Positions 26,352 to 39,290 of a DNA stretch of 64,000 nt are shown here, piece by piece. A model generated the notes under the pieces. The model worked only from the letters and a program-made list of their open reading frames with translations, was not told the DNA's origin and made no database searches. Numbering within the stretch: the first letter of the stretch is position 1; the number at the start of each line of letters is the position of its first letter. The translations under genes were made by a program, and so were the position numbers. The DNA comes from Octopus vulgaris. Lineage: Eukaryota. The DNA is taken from positions 102,486,001 through 102,550,000 of the forward strand of contig OX597821.1 of the NCBI GenBank assembly GCA_951406725.2, in the 5' to 3' direction.

Positions 26352-27965
26352 GTAAACATTTTATGTTGTTTTGTATTGTGTATAAGTTCCACCCCTAATT
26401 TAGTATTAAATCTTGGTACAAAATTTTCTACCTTCTTAGTTTTAGTTTACTTGAGACGATCAGTGTCACAGTTTCCGCAACACTAACCATCATCACCCCT
26501 GCCTTGTAGCACTCGGCAGTAAAGCCATTCAGTGCGTGTGAGAAATTATCTAATGAGCCAAGTAGCACCATGTCATTTGCATATATCAGCCAACTGATGT
26601 TACACCCACTAATTGTGATACCACTTCCAGTTCATAAGAAAATTATGAAAGGGAGAGATGATGATTTGCACTTGGTCTTTATTTGTTATGACCAAATTGC
26701 ATAGGCTTGTCCTTGGCTCTATTGCCTTTGGAAATTCAGTGAATCACTGATTAGCTGTTTGGAATCATATATTAATTCTACATTGTTTACATTATTTACG
26801 TTTGATGGATATTTGTCCTCATTTTGTTTGGTGTTAACAACAAACAAGATGAGAACAAATATCCTTCAAATGTAAATAATGTAAATAATTCCTCATTTCT
26901 TAAATATAGAACTGTATATTAATTCTGTTGTTCATAAAATGCATGTTGTCGTTTTATCTTTTACTTGTGTCAGTCATTTGGCTGCAGCCATGCTGGGGCA
27001 CCACCTTGTGAAGGGTTTAAGTTAAACAAATTGTCCCCAGAATTGTTTTTTTAAGCTTAGTACTTATTGTGTCAGTCTCTTTTGCTAAACTGCTAAGTTA
27101 TGGGGCTGTAAACACACCAACACCTGTTGTCAAATAATGTTAGGGGACAGACAGACAAACACACACACACATATACGATGGGCTTGTTTCAGCTTCCATC
27201 TATCAAATCTACTCACAAGACTTTGGTTGGCCCACGGCTATGATAGAAGACACTTTTACAAGGTGTTATGCAGTGAGACTGAACCTAGAACCGTGTGGTT
27301 GGGAAGCAAGCTTTTTAACATACAGCCATGCTCGTGCCTATATAAATATAAAAGTTTTTTGAAAAATGTTGGTGCAGCGATGGCTGTAGTCTGCTTCGCA
27401 ATTGTGTGGTTCTAGGATTAGTTCTACACTGCACTGCACTTTGAGAAAGTGTCTTTGACTGTAGCTTTAGGTTAACAAAAATCTTATGCGTGGAATTGGT
27501 AGACAGAAACTATACAGAAGACCACCGTGTGTGTGTGTGTGTGTGTGTGCGTGCATGCATGCGTGCGCGTGTGTGTTTGAGAGTTTGAAAATGCCAGGTC
27601 AGTGTTATGTCAGAAAGGTGACTTAATCCAAGAGATTGATAAAATAAATACCAGGCTGAAGTAAGTACTGAGTCAATATGATTGACAAAACCTTTCAAAG
27701 TGGTACTCCAGCATGGTTTCACTCCAGTGACTGAAACCAATAAAAAATATATGAAAATAGGACTATATTATCTAATATCCTTTCCTTTATGTCATATGAT
27801 GGATTTTTTGTTACTATTTCTAGCAGGTAGAATGATCACATTGAAATGCCTTCAGTCTCATTATCATCATCATCATCATTGCTGTATGAAACCATTATGT
27901 TAATTAAAAGAGACCATCATACTCACTCACCATTCTTGTTTATTATTATTATTTCTCTCTTTTAG

Positions 27966-28144
27966 GGGTTGCTCAAGGCATGGTTACAGGCATTCGTGGT
28001 TTGTGTAATGGGCTTGGCCCGGCCCTGTACGGCTTCATTTTCTATTTATTCCATGTTGACCTGAATGACATGGCTGAATCCAACAAAAAGAAACCAATTC
28101 TTTTAAACAATTCATCTCATCCCACCACAACTAATACCCTATTG
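27966..28144 (+). CDS. MFSD14: MFSD14/HIAT1 coding exon
   Basis: tttAG acceptor, GTAAGT donor; 179 nt; (G)VAQGMVTGIRGLCNGLGPALYGFIFYLFHVDLND...TNTLL. Confidence 0.94.
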
Positions 28145-30055
28145 GTAAGTATATACAGTGCTTTCATGCCTTGATCCTTTTCATACAAACCCCTTTTCAG
28201 ATTAACTCTGAGTCTAAGGAACAAAACTGTGTGGTAAGAAGTTTGCTTCCCAACTACATGGTTTCTGGCTCAGCCCCACTGCATGGCACCTGGGCCGATC
28301 AAAGCCTTGTGAATGGATTTGGGAGATGGAAACTGAACAAAGTCTGTTGTGTGTGTGTGTGTGTGTTCTTTTCTTGACCTGCTTTAAGAGTCACTATCAT
28401 GCAAGTCAGAGTCCTTCATTTCCAGTCTTCTGTGAAAACATCTCCGGGCATGGAGAAATATTACCTTGCTTAGAAACAGGTGAATGTTGGTGTCAGGAAA
28501 GGCATCCAGCCATGGAAAAACCTACCTTAGCAAATTCTGTCTGATCCATGCAAGCATGAAAAAGGGCATGTCGAAATGATGAAGATGATGAGTACAATGA
28601 TGTTCATCATCATCATTATTGTATATCATTTTCCCTTAGTAGCTTGAGCTGGAATGGTCTCTCAATGTCCTGTCACTCATCTGCAGTCCTTGTCATCTGG
28701 TAAACACAGCAATGGAACAAAAACCAGCTGTTTTTGCTATTCTGCCCTTCAGCCTCTCCTTTATTTTTTTCAGCATGGTTTATACATGTGGGCTTTTCCT
28801 ATTACTAACCTGTTCATGTTTAGATTAAAATCTTTCAACACAAGACCTCCTTAAAAGCATCTCTGTCACCCTTTTGTTACTGTATGTCTGTTGAAATACC
28901 CTACCATCATCATCGTTTAACATCCGTTTTCCATGCTAGCATGGGTTGGATGGTTCGACCAGGGTCTGGGAAGCCAGGAGGCTACACCAGGCTCCAGTTT
29001 GATCTGGCAGTGTTTCTACAGCTGGATGCTCTTCCTAACGCCAACCACTCTGTTAGTGTAGTGGGTGCTTTTTACATGCCACTGGCACAGGTGCCAGAGG
29101 AGGCTGGCAACGGCCACGATCGGTTGGTGCTTTTTACGTGCCACCGGCATGGAAGCCAGTCATGGTTGCACTGGCATCGACCACGTTCGGATGGTGCTTT
29201 TTATGTGCCACCGGCACAGGTATCACAACTACAATTTCCACTTGATTTTTTGATGTTGATGTACTTGACTCAATAGGTCTCCTCAAGCACAGCAGGTCGC
29301 TCTACAATCCAAGGTAAGCACTGCAGGCCGTCTTGTGATGCACAGCGTTTGTTTAATTTTGAAAATAATGAAGGATTTATTAAAATAACTTTAAGGTGGT
29401 GTTTGGCACAAAGATTAACATGGAATTTTTGATTGAAGTTTTAATATAATTCAGTTTAAAACAAGGAACTTGTATCATAGCACCAAGGGGCAGTTTTGTG
29501 CAAATTGATATCAAAAAGGTTGAGTAATGTTCCAAGTGCTAACTTAATAAGGAACAAGTTAGTTATTTTACTAAATCCATTGAGATTCTTGGAGTATTTA
29601 TTTCAAAATTAATTAAATCACATAGGTGTGCATTTAATTAGAAATATGTTTAATTGGAAGGTGGCAAATTGGCAGAAACGTTAGCATGCCGGACGAAATG
29701 CTTGGCGGTATTTTGTCTGCCACTACGTTCTGAGTTCAAATTCCGCCGAGGTTGACTTTGCCTTTCATCCTTTTGGGGTCGATAAATTAAGTACCACTTA
29801 CGCACTGGGTCGATGTAATCGACTTAATCCTGTTTTCTTCCTTGTTTGTCCCCTCTACGTTGAGCCCTTTGTGGGCAATAAAGAAATAAGAAATATGTTT
29901 AAGTGGCTTTGTGGTAAGTAGCTTGCTTACGAACCACATGGTTCCGGGTTCAGTCCCACTGTGTTATCACCTTGGGCAAGTGTCTTCTACTATAGCCTCG
30001 GCCGACCAAAGCCTTGTGATTGGATTTGATAGACAGAAACTGAAAGAAGCCTGTC

Positions 30056-30113
<58 letters not shown>

Positions 30114-30164
30114 GCTGTGCCCCAGCGTAGCTGCAGTCCAAAGACTGAAACAAGTAAAAGATGA

Positions 30165-30330
30165 ACTCTGTACAATTTTATGTGAAAGGCAGATTGTATG
30201 ATGCTTGTGTATGAACAGCTGTGCTACATGGTAGTAAACATGTGAATACAGAGGATATGCAAAGGCTTGAAAAAATTGAAGCCAACACACTCTGCTGCAT
30301 GTGCAACGTCAGTGTGCATGTGCAACAAAG
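30165..30330 (+). mobile_element. Older RTE ORF fragment
   Basis: Diverged match to 16320-16470 (aaaggcagattgtatgatgcttgtgt...gtcagtgtgcatg). Confidence 0.7.
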
Positions 30331-31015
30331 ATTTTGAGTATTTGTTCAGTTCTGTGCATGTGTGTGTGAGATAGAGATATAAAGCGCAACCAGTTGTTTT
30401 CTTGCTTTTTATTTAAACTTATGAATATTTGCGTGGAGGCACATGGCCTAGTGGTTAGAGCAGCGGACTTGCAGTCGAGAGATCGCGGGTTCGAATCTCA
30501 GACCGGGTAATATGTGTGTTTATGAGCGAAAACACCTAAGCTCCATGTGGCTCTGGCAGAAGGTAATGGCGAACTTCTGCTAACTCTTTCCTCCAGCATC
30601 TTGCAGCTCACCTGTGACAGACCAGCGTCCCGTCCAGGTGGGGAACCTATACGCCAACGAAACTGGGAAACTGGCCCTTATGAGCCAGGCATGGCTTGAG
30701 AAGGAACAAACAGTGAATATTTGTAGCATGTATAGGAGCCATTTAAGAACACACTAAAAGCCGTTAGATTCACTTCCACAGGTTGCGGTTTCAAAGCGCC
30801 AAAAATATTTTGACACAAATTAAATTTAAATGTTGAAGTAAATCTAAAGGTTTTTGTGTGTTCTTAAATGGCTTAGAAATATCTTCCACACTGCAATTGT
30901 TTTTGTTTCAGCATACGATCTCAGATCAAGTTGCTTACTATGCAAGTATATCTCTGTAATTATGAATATTTGTTTGCTGTTTTCTAATTGTTTTTATTTT
31001 TGTTTTGCTTGACAG

Positions 31016-31169
31016 AATGTTGTACCAGGTCCACCATTTGCCTTTGGAGCAATTCTGGTCATTTTAGCATTGTTAGTCACAGTATTTATCCCTGATAATC
31101 CTCATCAAAAAGGGATGAGTTCACCAACCAAGAGAGTATTAACTCATGATTCATTCTCAAAGGATATAG
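31016..31169 (+). CDS. MFSD14: MFSD14/HIAT1 coding exon
   Basis: gacAG acceptor, GTAAGC donor at 31170; 154 nt; NVVPGPPFAFGAILVILALLVTVFIPDNPHQKG...FSKDI. Confidence 0.92.
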
Positions 31170-31504
31170 GTAAGCAAATCCGTTACATATAAACTATAAA
31201 CTATGCATGTTCACCCACCTCCTCCTTATCAACATCATCATCATCATTGCCATCATCGTCATTGTTGGGCATGGCAGTATGATGAGAAGTTTGCTTCCCA
31301 ACCACATGGTTCCGGGTTCAGTTCCACTGCATTGGCCCCTTGGGCAAGTGTCTTCCACTACAGTCTCGGACCAGCCAAACCCATGTGAGTGGATTTTGTA
31401 AACAGAAACTAAAAGAAACCTGTTGTATATATGTATATAAAAGCTGAGAACCTTTGACTGGTAACTGGTGAGGAATATTCGCAACCTTCTGTGTCTGTTT
31501 TCTG

Positions 31505-31915
31505 TTCACCATCCGTTCGTGTCCGTTGCCAGCCTTGCCTGGCCCCCGTGCCGGTGGCACGTAAAAGCACCATCCGCTCATGTCCGTTGCCAGCCTCGCC
31601 TGGCCCCTGTGCCGGTGGCACGTAAAAGCACCATCCGTTCGTGTCCGTTGCCAGCCTCGCCTGGCCCCCGTGCCGGTGGCACGTAAAAGCACCATCCGTT
31701 TGTGGCCGTTTGCCAGCTCCGTCTGGCACCTGTGTGGGTGGCACATAAAAAGCACCCACTACACTCACGGAGTGGTTGGCGTTAGGAAGGGCATCCAGCC
31801 GTAGAAACACTGCCAGATCTGACTGGGCTTGATGCAGCCTTCCGGCTTCACAGACCCCAGTTGAACCGTCCAACCCATGCTAGCATGGAAAACGGACGCT
31901 AAATGAGGATGATGA
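31505..31915 (+). mobile_element. Short RTE 3'-UTR-derived repeat (representative); other copies at ~1-135, 5710-5990, 10037-10215(-), 11890-12205(-), 19740-19920, 24600-24775, 25620-25800(-), 28460-28590, 28905-29225(-), 33265-33480(-)
   Basis: Share gttggcgttaggaagggcatccagc...aaccgtccaacccatgctagcatggaaa...(gat)n with the 3' end of the LINE at 16880-17140. Confidence 0.85.
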
Positions 31916-31991
31916 TATTATGCGTTTTTTTAATGTATTATTTAACAGAACGCTATGCATTGTCTCATATTTTGTTTACATTAAGTGAATT

Positions 31992-32241
31992 CTGTTGTGT
32001 CTGAGGAGAGTCATTTTCTTTTTGTGCCTTATAATTTAACACACTCACTGGTAAAATTTCCACTTATTTCTTATTTTTATTTTCCTAAAGTTTTCGTTGC
32101 GTCTTGCAACCTTTTCAATAATCTTGAGTGTATTAAATTATTAGGCACAAAAAGAAAATGACTCTCCCCAGACACAACAGAATATGCTTCAACACACGAA
32201 CTCACATAAAGAATCTTGCAAACCAAATCCAAAAACGAAAT
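31992..32241. mobile_element. Fold-back insertion with 12-bp target duplication
   Basis: ~58-bp inverted arms (tctgttgtgtctg...aatttaacacactca); attaagtgaatt duplicated at 31980-31991 and 32242-32253. Confidence 0.7.
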
Positions 32242-32272
32242 ATTAAGTGAATTTATTTATATATACATATAT

Positions 32273-32681
32273 CAGGGATGTGTCACCTGGGTAGGCAAGG
32301 TAGGCAGTGCCTACCCTGAATAAAATAGAGCGATAGTAACATTTTCCTCTTATGGCAAAAGATGCACCTTATTCAATAAAATTATGAAGGTTACTCTGAT
32401 TACTATGCATAAAATGCAAAATAGTTTATTTTTTTGTAGATTAGTTAGGCATAATTTGCCCCTGCTTTTCTATCTCAGCATTTAAGCTATGCATAATACT
32501 GCTGTAGTTCACATGCTGCGTACACTCCTACAACAACGTTTTACTTTATGCGCTATAAAGGCAGAAACAAATCTGTCTCCAACTCAGTTGCGTGTCTGTG
32601 CTTTGCTTATTTTTGTGTGTGTTTTACTACATTAAACGTCACCAGCTGCCTACCCTGAGTAATTACTCATGGCATGTACCC
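32273..32681. mobile_element. Possible hAT-type MITE in a (TA)n site
   Basis: CAGGG start, weak TIR, repeated subterminal tgcctaccctg motifs at both ends, TA-repeat flanks. Confidence 0.45.
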
Positions 32682-33781
32682 GATATATATATATCAAGGG
32701 TTGAACAGAAAGATTACAACAAGTTAGATGAAAGCAAACAGGAATCTAGACAGAAACTTAATAGATGGGAAATTAGACAAAGACACGATACATGGAATAT
32801 TTGCAGCTGAGTTTTCCCGCTTCAGTCAATGATGCAAAATATCAGCAGTTTCATGCCAATTATATTTGTATGTATGTACGTATGTCATTGTCTCTGTGTT
32901 TGTCCTCCATCACTGCTTGACAATTGATGTTGGTGTGTTTACATCCCCATAACTTAGCAATTTGGCATAAGACATGCATAGGATATCAGGCTTTAAAAAA
33001 ATATCTTCAAGACGGTGCTCCAGTATGGCCACAGTCTGATGATTGAAACAAGTAAAAGATAAATGATTACTATTGTCATTATTGCTCTTGTCATCTGTTT
33101 TGGTTTTATCATATTTGTATGGGTTAGGATGAAACGTGTTAAAGCAGTGTTCTGCTATTAGATGCTTTTTCTGTTAGCAATCCGTATCTGTTTCTCAAAT
33201 ACTGTAGCCCCTGGTCAACCAAAGCCTTGGAGAACACATCTATGCATCCATATACATATGTATATCATCATCATCGTTTAGCGTCCTCTTTCCATGCTAG
33301 CATGGGTTGGACGATTTTGACTGAGGGCTGGCGAACCAGATGGCTGCACCAGGCTCCAATCTTGATCTGGCAGAGTTTCTACAGCTGGATGCCCTTCCCA
33401 ACGCCAGCCACTCCGAGAGTGTAGTGGGTGCTTTTTACGTGCCACTGGCACGTGGGCCAGTTAGGCAGTACTGGCAATGACCATATATGTATGTAGAAAT
33501 GTATGCTTGTCTCTCCTTGTCATGACATCATGTGATAATTACAAGCAAGCATCACTGTCATACAATGCGGTGCTCCAGCATGGCTGCAGGCTAATAATCG
33601 AAACAAGTAAAAGATAATGTTATTAGTGATCTTGTTTTGACATAATTTCGTCCTGTCGAAACCTGTATCTTTTGTAACCCTCATGCTTTAACGGTTTATT
33701 GTATATTCCCCCTTCCTCACCTTATGATTAATGAAGATCTAATAACATTAATAATAATGTCTTTTCTGTTGTATTTTACAG

Positions 33782-33843
33782 GTAGTAAAAAGTACGAAAA
33801 AGAACCTTTGATGGTTGATAGTGATATAGAAATTCAGACGTAG
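33782..33843 (+). CDS. MFSD14: MFSD14/HIAT1 terminal coding exon
   Basis: tttacAG acceptor; phase matches the previous exon; (G)SKKYEKEPLMVDSDIEIQT then TAG at 33841-33843; EPLM resembles the EPLL tail of the family. Confidence 0.85.
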
Positions 33844-34732
33844 GAATGGAAGAACTTTTGTGGACACCAACCTTCAATGTTTTAGAAGTAAAAGAAAAAG
33901 GACGCTTGCAATAATAAATTGGCTGTTTGTTATCCGAGTAATTCGACCTGTTGATTGATCAATCAATCAATCACTTTATTATTACTCGGGTAAAAAATAA
34001 AATAAAAGGATGTTATTGTAATTGTATACAAAGTCCAAGGGAGATAACACTGAAAGCAATATTGGCTTTCTTTTTGTTATTATCCATAATTAATTCCCTT
34101 GACAAGTGAACAGCTTGGTTATTTTAAGACGCATTCAAAAAGATTGATTGTGATATGTGAAAAAAAAAAAATTTGAGATTAAAATTGGAAGGAAATGGGG
34201 GAGATAAAAGAAAGGACAGACGAAATAACATGGAATGGAAAAAGAAACTAACAGAAAACCCCCAAAAAACAAAAAAACAAAAAAATCCAAACAAACAAAA
34301 AAAAAAAACATCAGAGGTTAATTTCTGTGTTTTTATATTTTATATTTATACATATATATATTTTCCTTCTCCCCCCCATATCCCGCACAGAATCATGAAT
34401 ATTTGTGCTTTCTTTCTCATTGAAATCTAGAAAAAAAAAAAAAAGGAAAAGAAAAGAAAATGTATATGGACTTCTGGTTGATTTGTTTTATTTGAATTTG
34501 GCAGACAAACTTATTTGATTGAAGACTTTTGAGAGAAAACTGGAAAGGTTACTGGCTACGATTAGCATTTCAAGTTGTTCTGTTGAAAGTTTAAAATCCC
34601 TGAAGAATGTTAGTTATGTTTGTTGGTTAGTTATGTTACAGGCTTATTTTCCGGATGTCACAGTGTGTATAGAACTGAATGTTTCTGGGGTGTGTGTATA
34701 TACACACACACATTTACATATGGTTGTGTGTG

Positions 34733-34793
<61 letters not shown>

Positions 34794-34889
34794 GTATGTA
34801 TGTATATTTACATAATGTACTTTACATATATAAATGTGTGTGTGTGAATATATAGAGTGTGCATATGTTTGTGTGTATGTGTGTATATA

Positions 34890-34929
<40 letters not shown>

Positions 34930-35465
34930 TATACACACACATACATATATGTGTGTGTGTGTGTGTGTGTGTATACTTATGGTTGTTGTTAGTAATTAAT
35001 TATTTCCCCATTAATGCCTGAAGATGCAAACAAGTCTTTCCATGAAGAGGGATTTTCTTTTTTGTTATTTTCCTTTTTCTGTTATTTTTTTTCTCTTCTC
35101 CCCATTTGAAAATCCAAGTCTAACCCTCTTCGAATTGGATGGCCATGTTCTCCTTTGGACGTTATAGTGTAGTGTAATATTAAGTGTAGAACCAACTACG
35201 TCTGCTTAGTTTATTTATTTAATCATTATTCCTTTCCTGTTTTTTTTTGTTTATTTCTCTCATTTTTTATTGTTAGTTTGTCTGAGTATGGCATATTACA
35301 AATTTTTTTTTTAAATGACCAACTTTTCACATATTTTCAAACTGGCATACGGCTTCTGGCTTTTACTTTATCACTCATACTAAAACTTTTGTCACTGCTA
35401 CCACTCTTCCACTGTGGCTTGCATTTTTTTCCTCCCCTGTTTAGGATCTTCAGGTGGTGTGTGTG

Positions 35466-35499
<34 letters not shown>

Positions 35500-35742
35500 G
35501 GTGGTGGTGGTAGGATTATCCTCATGATTAACATAACAGATTTAAATTGATTTCCAACATTTTTCAGAAATCAGATTTTTATGTAGAGGTGGACCAAATG
35601 TTAAAAGAATAATGTGATTGACTGTTTCTCAATGATTGAACTTTGTTTATTTGTTCTTTGCTTTACACACACACACAGACACACAAAGATTTATAAGTAC
35701 ATATATGTATTATGCATATATATGTATACATACATACATACA

Positions 35743-35789
<47 letters not shown>

Positions 35790-35892
35790 TATAAAATGGA
35801 TAAGTTATCTTGGTAGATACTGTATTATCTCTCAAATTGGTTAACAATTCTATATATATGCACATATATATGTATGTGTGTGTGTATAGGTA

Positions 35893-35935
<43 letters not shown>

Positions 35936-36038
35936 GTGTATAGGTATATGTGTGTGTGTGTGTGTGTGTATATGTATATATGTATGTATATATATATTTA
36001 TATGTGTGTATAGGTATATATGTATGTATCTATCTATA

Positions 36039-36073
<35 letters not shown>

Positions 36074-36262
36074 GTTTGTTTGTGTATAGGTATATATATA
36101 TGTTCATGTATACATGTGTTTATACACACAGACACACACACACATACATTTTTTTTGCCCTCCTTCATCTTTGAATATTCTGAGATCTCTCTCCCTCCGT
36201 AAGACCTCATTGCATTCATATATGCTGACCCCCTTTTGCTGTTACCAATAACAGCAGAATGG

Positions 36263-36293
<31 letters not shown>

Positions 36294-36528
36294 TGCCAAC
36301 AGCAGCAGCGCCACCTCTACCATTGCAATGAATCTTACCTTGGGTTTGTTACAGTCCTTTCCCCACCCCACCCCACCCCATCTCCCTCACCTTCCTGCCA
36401 CCTCTTCTCCTCCTCTTCTTTCTCACCCCCCCTCCATCTATGTTGTTTTGCTGCTGTGCAAGTATTTTGGAATTACTTTTTTTCTAACTCTTTTTTTTTT
36501 TCTTGCTCTCTATTCATTGTTCTCTCTT

Positions 36529-36582
<54 letters not shown>

Positions 36583-36923
36583 ACTTCCAAAAATCTCCAT
36601 CTCTCATCCTCATATTCTGTTCTTTCGAAGATTTTTTTTTTTTCAAAAGACAATATTTTCAAAGCAAAGAAAACAACAGCAAAAGGTAAAAATAAAAACC
36701 CCCCAAAAAAACAAAGAACAAAAACAAAACACCCGAAAGTGACAAAACAAAGATTTATTGTTTGTCTTTTCTCTTAGACGATTTGTTCTGTTTACGCTGT
36801 TGTGTTCCATGCGTTTGTCCTCTAATTTATCTCTTTGCTGATTTCCCAAAGTATTAGACTCATCTTGTTGTCTCTGGTTCGAGGTTCCTACCAAAGGAAT
36901 TTCAAACTGACACACACCATGTT

Positions 36924-37008
<85 letters not shown>

Positions 37009-37541
37009 AATGTGACAAAAACAAAATAATAATGAAAAAACAAAAAAGAAAACAATGTAAAATGATTTAAATTTTTTTTCCTTTTCCTTTTTTTTTTTTT
37101 GCTTTAAATTCTTATATTTTATGTTTGCTTGTGAAGTCTACAAAAGACAGTTGCAAGAGAGGAAGATATTGTGCTGTGTGTGTGTGTGTGTGTGTGTTTG
37201 TGTGTAAGATCAAGGGACAAAGTGTGTGCATGCCTGACTTTGTAAACTTTGAATGCTTTGTCACTAGAAAGAAAGTTGTTAGAAGAGAGGACATATGTAT
37301 ATATATATATATATATATGCATGTATGGTGGGTGTCTTCTACTCGTGTGTATATATATATATATGTATGTATGTGTGGGTGAGTCTGTGTGAGTTGCTAC
37401 TCAAGAGTTTCACATTCCTGGCTCTCATGTGACTCATGATAAATAAAAATTATTCCACAGTATTTCACTGTATTGAGTACATTCATTCGCTTAACTTGCA
37501 TTCACACCAGTGTAATACTTGCATACATATATGTATGTATG

Positions 37542-37585
<44 letters not shown>

Positions 37586-38774
37586 TGGGCATGCATGTGT
37601 TTATAATTTGTGTAGGAGAGAAAGTGAGACTGAGAAATTAATATTGTAGACTAAGATCTCAAAAGGAATATAAGGACAGCACAGTATATTAAGACAAAGA
37701 AATATCAAAATTAGTCCAATCAATGATGGGGAAATTTATCAATTAAAAAAAGAAAAATTAAAATGATATAAACCATGAATCAACTGTAAACCTCCATTGA
37801 TATATATATATATATATATATATACCACATTGGTGGAAAATTGGAGACGAACACTATTTCTCTGTGTGATTGACTTGGAAAATTGTTAGGATAATTTTCT
37901 TAATATGAAACCATTGGTAACCTTAACACACAAATAAAGAAATTTTATCCACCAATGCGGTGTTGATCACTCATTATCGTCGTTTGCAATTTACATCTTT
38001 ATATACACATACATATATATATATATGTATATATTATATCGTTGCGGCATAATGATACTAATAACCTGGTCTTCAAACTCGATATGTTTCTTGCTTCAGA
38101 ATGAAGCCTCAGTTGAGTTCAGAACGGTCATAAGAAATGAAAATGATTGAAATAAGAAATTATATCATGTGTTTCATTACTTAACAGCTGTTTCTGTTAT
38201 AAGATACGATGCGCTCATAGTTGAATGCTTGTGTTTTAAGCTCCTGTGAAGATATAGGGTGACACACAAGCATTCAACTAGGAGTGCACTGCATCTAATA
38301 GCAGAAAGAACTGTAAGTTAATGATGTTCATGATAATTTCTTACTCCGTTGTCATTTGTTTAATTTCTTACATGTTAATAGTTTGTCAAGGAGCTGAAGC
38401 ATTCAGAAGTTGCTGTTTGTCATTCAATCTAAGTAATAATTAAAACAGTTAATTTGTTACATAATTGGGAAAAACATTTAAAGATGAGTAATTAATAGAT
38501 GCTACAGTGACATGATAAGAGAATCATTCCATGTTTTAGGTTTGTCACTGTGGCCGATGTGTATATATTAAATAACTGCTTTGTTTTATATGCTCTGTGT
38601 GTATGAATATATATACATACATGTATATGTGTGTGTGTGTGTATGTAATGTGAATTATACACAATATATATGCTATGTTTGCATACACACACATGCATTT
38701 CTGAATATGCATGCTTGTGTGTGTATGTATATAGTTTGCGTATATGTATTTGGATATGTTTCCGTGTGTGTGTA

Positions 38775-38824
<50 letters not shown>

Positions 38825-38976
38825 TGTACTCTACATATACACTCATACATCTCGTGTATATGCATTTTGTACGAGTTTGAAGGTATGTTATATATACTCA
38901 TGTATGTATATAATACACACGTGCACGTGAATGCATATATAAAACAAATATAAAACTGCAACTGAATGCGAGCTCC

Positions 38977-39018
<42 letters not shown>

Positions 39019-39290
39019 ATGTTTTTTTTTTTTATTTTCTGTTTACTTGACTTAAAGGAGGTGGAGGAGGAGGAGGGGCAGAGCCCATGTATCCTCCTCG
39101 TGTAGCATGTGTGGATATGTATGGGAGATGTGTGTGAGTGCGTATGTAACATTTATTTTATTTATGATGTTAAAACTTAACTGTTTAACCAATTTCTTTG
39201 TTCTGAATTATAATAATAATAATAAAAAAAAAAAGAAAAAAAAATTTGCAATCAACTCTTAGTCCAAAAAACTTCGTCTCTATTCTTCTG
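33844..39290 (+). other. Probable long 3' UTR of MFSD14
   Basis: Free of the SINE/LINE/MITE copies that fill the introns; AATAAA at 39221 with a T-rich tract downstream (~39297). The 3' end is inferred. Confidence 0.45.

Noticed and set aside
33150-33165. Exact 16-nt reverse complement (ttctgctattagatgc) of the UTR hairpin arm at 38291-38306
   Set aside because: A single 16-mer match is expected by chance in 64 kb of AT-rich DNA and it does not extend.
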